DNA of 41,745 nucleotides from an uncultured Bacteriovoracaceae bacterium (GTDB lineage Bacteria; Bdellovibrionota; UBA1018): NCBI GenBank assembly GCA_964407515.1, contig CAYOWB010000003.1, positions 1 to 41,745 of the forward strand, read 5' to 3'. Shown piece by piece: positions 37,910 to 41,745 of this stretch (position 1 is its first letter; each line of letters starts with the position of its first letter). The notes under the pieces were generated by a model. It saw only the letters and a program-made list of their open reading frames with translations, ran no database searches and was not told where the DNA came from. The position numbers and the translations under genes were made by a program.

Positions 37910-38896
37910 CTAGAAGAAAAAGGAATCGGAAGTAAGCCGATTCAGCAATCTCGGTAGGCGGCTTAGGCGTAGACGCTGGTAAAGTGGATGGCCGAAGTGG
38001 CAGAGAATTCTTCTTTCGTTCCGAAGATACCTTTGGAGTCGGTCACGATCATAATAAGACGGGAGAGACTGCACGAGTCTTTCATGGAAGAGCTCCGTCG
38101 CATGGACCAGGCGGGAAGGTGGTTGGGATCGAAGAACGTCAGACTCGCGCAGGAGTAAGGAGATAAGACCATCGGGGGGGTGCGTACCTAGGGCTCGCGT
38201 CAAATTTTGCGCCGCCTGGTTACGTGCGGTCTTTGACATGGGGGCGGTCGCGACCGAAGAGATGCTGTCACAGTGTTCCCGCCAGCGTACCACTGCCCTT
38301 CGAAGATGAATGATCCTTCCCACACGAGAAAGCCGTCCCCAGAGTTCGAAGTCCTCTGCGTGTTGCGCCGCCGAAGAGTAAGGGCCTACTTGTTGGAGCG
38401 CCTTCTTCCGAATCATGACGCTTGAGTGGGTAATACAGTTTCTGAAGTGAAGCAGGTAGTACAGTGCTTCAGGAGAAAAGTTCCACCGTGCCGTGTATTT
38501 TAGCCGGCCCTGGGTATCAATGACCTGTGCCCAGCCCGTGGCCATGACGGCCTGGGGGTCTTGGCTAAGGACTTTGAGCTGAGCTTCAAACCGCCCTGCC
38601 AAAGTAATGTCGTCGGCGTCGAGTCGGGCAATATATTGCCCGCGGGCCTCCTCGATGCCGCGGTTGAGAGTTTCGATCAGACCTAGATTGCGCTCATTCT
38701 CGACGATGCGGATTCGAGGGTCATGGAAAGACCGTGCGATTCCGGCAGTATTGTCCGTTGACCCATCGTTGATTACAAGCAGCTCGTAGTTAGAAAAACG
38801 CTGTTGGAGGACTGATGAAATCGCCTCGCGCAGATATCTTTCCGCATTGTAAGCCGGCATGAGAACCGAAATTAAAGGGACCGACGGCATGGTCAT
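37910..38896 (-). CDS. GT2 family glycosyltransferase
   Basis: ISVLMPAYNAERYLREAISSVLQQ, LLVINDGSTDNT, ARLDADDI. ATGA overlap with the upstream gene. Confidence 0.88.
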   Translation of the reverse strand: MTMPSVPLISVLMPAYNAERYLREAISSVLQQRFSNYELLVINDGSTDNTAGIARSFHDPRIRIVENERNLGLIETLNRGIEEARGQYIARLDADDITLAGRFEAQLKVLSQDPQAVMATGWAQVIDTQGRLKYTARWNFSPEALYYLLHFRNCITHSSVMIRKKALQQVGPYSSAAQHAEDFELWGRLSRVGRIIHLRRAVVRWREHCDSISSVATAPMSKTARNQAAQNLTRALGTHPPDGLISLLLRESDVLRSQPPSRLVHATELFHERLVQSLPSYYDRDRLQRYLRNERRILCHFGHPLYQRLRLSRLPRLLNRLTSDSFFF

Positions 38897-39825
38897 TTGA
38901 GCCTCCGGTGCAACTTAATCAAGAGATACCGCACTAAGAAAATGACTTTCGAGCGGACGGTGGGGAACAGCCAGTTCCAGCATTCGGCCAGCGACTGACT
39001 TGTGAACTGAGGAGCCCCGAAGACCAGCGGCAATACTCGGCCGGGTGACCATCCAGTGAGTTTGTGCAGATAGCCTCTGCGGATTAGTTTCGCGTCGGCG
39101 GGGTTCCTTGACTTTGCCATGGATATGACTGCAAGGTCGTTTTCGACCATTCGGCTGAAGTCCTTCTGCATATTCGAGCTGTGGACGCGGATGCCGACAA
39201 GGTCTTCTGGTACATAGTCGATGTCGTAACGCTCAGCAATTCGCAGCCATAAGTCCCAGTCTTCGCATGCGGACAACGATTCGTCGAAGAGGCCAACTTC
39301 GCTCAAAGCTTGACGGGAGATGACTGCAGCGCTTGCGCTACCAGTGATGATGACGCCTTGGTATAGCTCATGAAGTAACCGCCCGCGGTGTTTAGGGTGG
39401 GGGAGTGTGGCGGCATGGCTTGTCCTTTCTTCCGACGAAAAGACGTGAAAACCGCAGTAGACAAGTCCAAGTTTTGAGTATTTTGACTCAGCCTCTGTCT
39501 TCCACTGCTTCAGTAATTTATCTGGATGCCAGATGTCGTCGGCATCGAGGAAGGCGACCCACGATGAGATACCATTCCGGATGCCTGTGTTTCTGGCGTT
39601 GCTAAGGCCGCTGTTCTTCTGGCTGACCACTTTTACTTCCAAGGACGCAGGGGCGTCCTTGAGTGTCTTTTCGATCACCTGTACGGTCGAGTCGGTCGAT
39701 CCGTCGTTCACGATTATAAGTGAAGTCGGCAAAAGCGATTGCGAGAAGACCGACCGCAGGGCCTCTTCGATGTACCGCTCGCCGTTGAATACTGGAATGA
39801 CGACATCGATGGATGCAGGCCTCAT
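38893..39825 (-). CDS. GT2 family glycosyltransferase
   Basis: IDVVIPVFNGERYIEEALRSVFSQ, LIIVNDGSTDST, AFLDADDIW. ATGA overlap with the upstream gene. Confidence 0.88.
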   Translation of the reverse strand: MRPASIDVVIPVFNGERYIEEALRSVFSQSLLPTSLIIVNDGSTDSTVQVIEKTLKDAPASLEVKVVSQKNSGLSNARNTGIRNGISSWVAFLDADDIWHPDKLLKQWKTEAESKYSKLGLVYCGFHVFSSEERTSHAATLPHPKHRGRLLHELYQGVIITGSASAAVISRQALSEVGLFDESLSACEDWDLWLRIAERYDIDYVPEDLVGIRVHSSNMQKDFSRMVENDLAVISMAKSRNPADAKLIRRGYLHKLTGWSPGRVLPLVFGAPQFTSQSLAECWNWLFPTVRSKVIFLVRYLLIKLHRRLK

Positions 39826-40937
39826 CGTTTCACCAGTGCATCTCTAATTCGAGTACTAATCTCAATCGGAGAGAGCGATCTAACGCGCTCCCGAGCCTGA
39901 AATCCCATAAGTGTTATGTCGTCTGAATGTGTTGACAGGCAGCGATCCAGCGCTTGGTTCAGCTTTTCCTTGGAAGTCGTGATAAACCTCCAGCCCGTTT
40001 TTCCTTCTTCAACCAGCTCTTCGACTGCTTGGCCGAAGTCGCTGCCGAGTACAGGCATTCCGGCGGCCATGGCCTCGATCACCACAAGTCCCCATTCGTC
40101 AGCCAGAGTGGGAAAGGCAAGGACATGGCACTGACTGTAAATGACAGGCAGTTCCTCGTAGCTTCTTTCGGGAAGATGTATCAGCCGCAGGTTGGCAGGA
40201 AGAGGTTTGGTGAGGAGGCTCTCGGTGAGTGGGCCATCTCCGAGTAGCCACCATTCGATTTGCCGGAGAGGGTTTCTTTTGGCTGCTTGAATGAGGCCTT
40301 CTAGGAACAGATGCAGACCTTTTAGTTCAATTAGCCGGCCGGAGTAGAGAAATCGTAGGCATTGAGGGAGCGGATCCCGTTGGATACTTAGGAAAGGGGT
40401 CAGGTCCGTAGTTTGTGGGACACGAAAAATTCGGTCATCTGGGAATTGGAAGCCAGCCAGATACCGTGCGCCGCTCTCGCCGTTTGCAATGATTTTATCC
40501 GTCATTTTGAGAATGAAGCGGCGGAGCAACCGGCGAAAGACACCCCGTCCTTTCTCAGTATGTTCGGACAAGGTTGCCCAGACGATGAACTGAGTCCTAG
40601 GGTGGAGGAGTTTGTAAAGGGCGCACTGCAGTGTCCGCATCCCAAACTCGGCGGTGAGGATGGTTTCGGGCCTCTCGCGAAATAGAATCGGAAGCGTGTC
40701 CCACGGGATATGGATTTGGACTTTATCTTGAAAGCCGTGCGGGTGGCGTCGCCGTTCGGCGAAGGAGAAAGTCTTCTGAATGCGGACGTCCAGTCCGTCC
40801 CAGTTTGCCTTCCAGGCGCGGTCTGACTCCATCGGCGTGGAAAGCCAGATCTGCAGGCCGGGAATCAGCTTCTTCAGCTCTTTCAGTACCGGCCCTCGAT
40901 AAGGCGGAATAAAGTTGGTGAAGAACAGTACCTTCAC
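39822..40937 (-). CDS. GT-B fold glycosyltransferase, family 4 type
   Basis: LAFPTLADEWGLVVIEAMAAGMPVLGSDFGQAVEELVEEGKTGW (E-x7-E). GTG start at 40937 with AGGAGA 6 nt upstream. Confidence 0.85.
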   Translation of the reverse strand: MKVLFFTNFIPPYRGPVLKELKKLIPGLQIWLSTPMESDRAWKANWDGLDVRIQKTFSFAERRRHPHGFQDKVQIHIPWDTLPILFRERPETILTAEFGMRTLQCALYKLLHPRTQFIVWATLSEHTEKGRGVFRRLLRRFILKMTDKIIANGESGARYLAGFQFPDDRIFRVPQTTDLTPFLSIQRDPLPQCLRFLYSGRLIELKGLHLFLEGLIQAAKRNPLRQIEWWLLGDGPLTESLLTKPLPANLRLIHLPERSYEELPVIYSQCHVLAFPTLADEWGLVVIEAMAAGMPVLGSDFGQAVEELVEEGKTGWRFITTSKEKLNQALDRCLSTHSDDITLMGFQARERVRSLSPIEISTRIRDALVKR

Positions 40938-40946
40938 GACGTTCTC

Positions 40947-41745
40947 CTATATGCGGTACCAGTCTGTCGGGGTCTGATCCGAAGTATCCTTCTCTTCGGA
41001 TTGAAACCACTTTTGGGGAGCGATTACTTGCTTTCCTGCCCGGTCGGAAAGCCATGCGGCCCACCAGCTGAAGCTTGAGTTCGCGATGACGAAGTGACGA
41101 CATGCGCTCATGAGCCGGAGGTCCTCGAAGGGTTCCGTGCATGAGTTATGATCGACATAAATCGTCTCGCCCGGGGGGATGATGTTTGATCGGGCCCATT
41201 CCGGGTCGTCCGAGAAGACGTAGAAGATCGGCTTTTTGGCCACAGGTAGCAGACGGGCGATGGCGCGATCGTAGTATGCAGAACTGCAGACTCCGTGAAA
41301 TGCAGCCGTATGGGGGTCCGATACGTAGTCTCCGCGGCGAATATGCAGGCAGATTGCATCTTCTTCCCTGATACGAGCAAGGAGCTCGGCATTTTTTCCG
41401 GTCGGTGGCTCAGGATAGGTTAGTTCTTTCCGAATGGTGCTCGAGATATCGGAGAAGTAGCGGTCGCTTTGCCAATAGCCGCGGAGGTAGACAGCTCGCG
41501 CCAGGGGTGAAACCTCAACTGGTGAATAACGGTGATCGCGTTCAATGACCAAGTGGTCTCTGAGGATCCTTCGCGCGTGGGTGACAAGTCGGGCAGGCCG
41601 TTGAAGACGAAAGGACAAAAGGGATAAGGGAGACGCGCGCCGAGCCACGATGGGATAACGGTCTAGAAGAAACTTTCGCAGAGGATAATGACGAAAGTCA
41701 GTCGCATCGATCAACAGCTCGCGGTGTTTTCGCCGGCGCCGGCGT
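40947..41745 (-). CDS. GT11 alpha-1,2-fucosyltransferase, 5' end beyond the window
   Basis: HIRRGDYV, FYVFSDDPEWAR, and HFVIANSSFSWWAAWL are the three GT11 motifs. The frame is open to position 41745 (RRRRRKHRELLIDATDF...) and the family's N-terminal GGLGNQ motif is not in the window, so the track start at 41714 (TTG) is probably internal. Confidence 0.85.
   Translation of the reverse strand, partial: RRRRRKHRELLIDATDFRHYPLRKFLLDRYPIVARRASPLSLLSFRLQRPARLVTHARRILRDHLVIERDHRYSPVEVSPLARAVYLRGYWQSDRYFSDISSTIRKELTYPEPPTGKNAELLARIREEDAICLHIRRGDYVSDPHTAAFHGVCSSAYYDRAIARLLPVAKKPIFYVFSDDPEWARSNIIPPGETIYVDHNSCTEPFEDLRLMSACRHFVIANSSFSWWAAWLSDRAGKQVIAPQKWFQSEEKDTSDQTPTDWYRI

Noticed and set aside
40723-41142. 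139-aa ORF spanning the GT4/GT11 junction on the minus strand.
   Set aside because: It is off-frame with respect to two genes that have clear family motifs, and its composition is Arg/Pro/Gly-rich. It is a shadow ORF.

Overview
The whole 41.7-kb window is one large surface-glycan (O-antigen / EPS / capsule-type) biosynthesis supercluster from a moderately GC-rich bacterium. I cannot name the taxon from sequence alone. I count about 38 protein-coding genes in alternating operon blocks. I found no rRNA, tRNA, CRISPR array, transposase or integrase.

Modules:
- (1) rfbA (partial) and rfbB for dTDP-4-keto-6-deoxyglucose, separated by an inverted GT-C-like membrane gene.
- (2) A complete CDP-3,6-dideoxyhexose pathway: rfbF/ddhA, an RmlC-type epimerase, an SDR reductase, rfbG/ddhB, rfbH/ddhC (E1) and an E3-like reductase. 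This gene content resembles the ascarylose (asc) pathway.
- (3) gmd and fcl for GDP-L-fucose, an O-acyltransferase, and at the far end a GT11 alpha-1,2-fucosyltransferase.
- (4) An operon of AsnB-like amidotransferase, Gfo/Idh/MocA dehydrogenase, DegT aminotransferase and sugar N-formyltransferase.
- (5) A Wzm/Wzt ABC exporter, where Wzt carries a C-terminal glycan-binding-type domain.
- (6) Eleven cytoplasmic glycosyltransferases (GT2, GT4, CgeB-like, GT11) and five methyltransferase-type genes.
- (7) The most unusual part: six GT-C-like polytopic membrane proteins together with two polyprenyl-phosphate-sugar-synthase-like GT2 enzymes.

Four genes carry frame-disrupting lesions that I could read directly:
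- gmd has a frameshift at its C-terminus.
- wzt has a frameshift at a G5 run.
- One GT-C-like gene is split by an exact 16-bp tandem duplication.
- One GT-C-like gene has its N-terminal catalytic loop out of frame between two homopolymer runs.

I saw no initiating phosphoglycosyltransferase, Wzx, Wzy, Wzz or outer-membrane export gene.

All family assignments rest on motifs recognised by eye in the translations. No database search was possible, so every call should be confirmed with HMM or BLAST searches.
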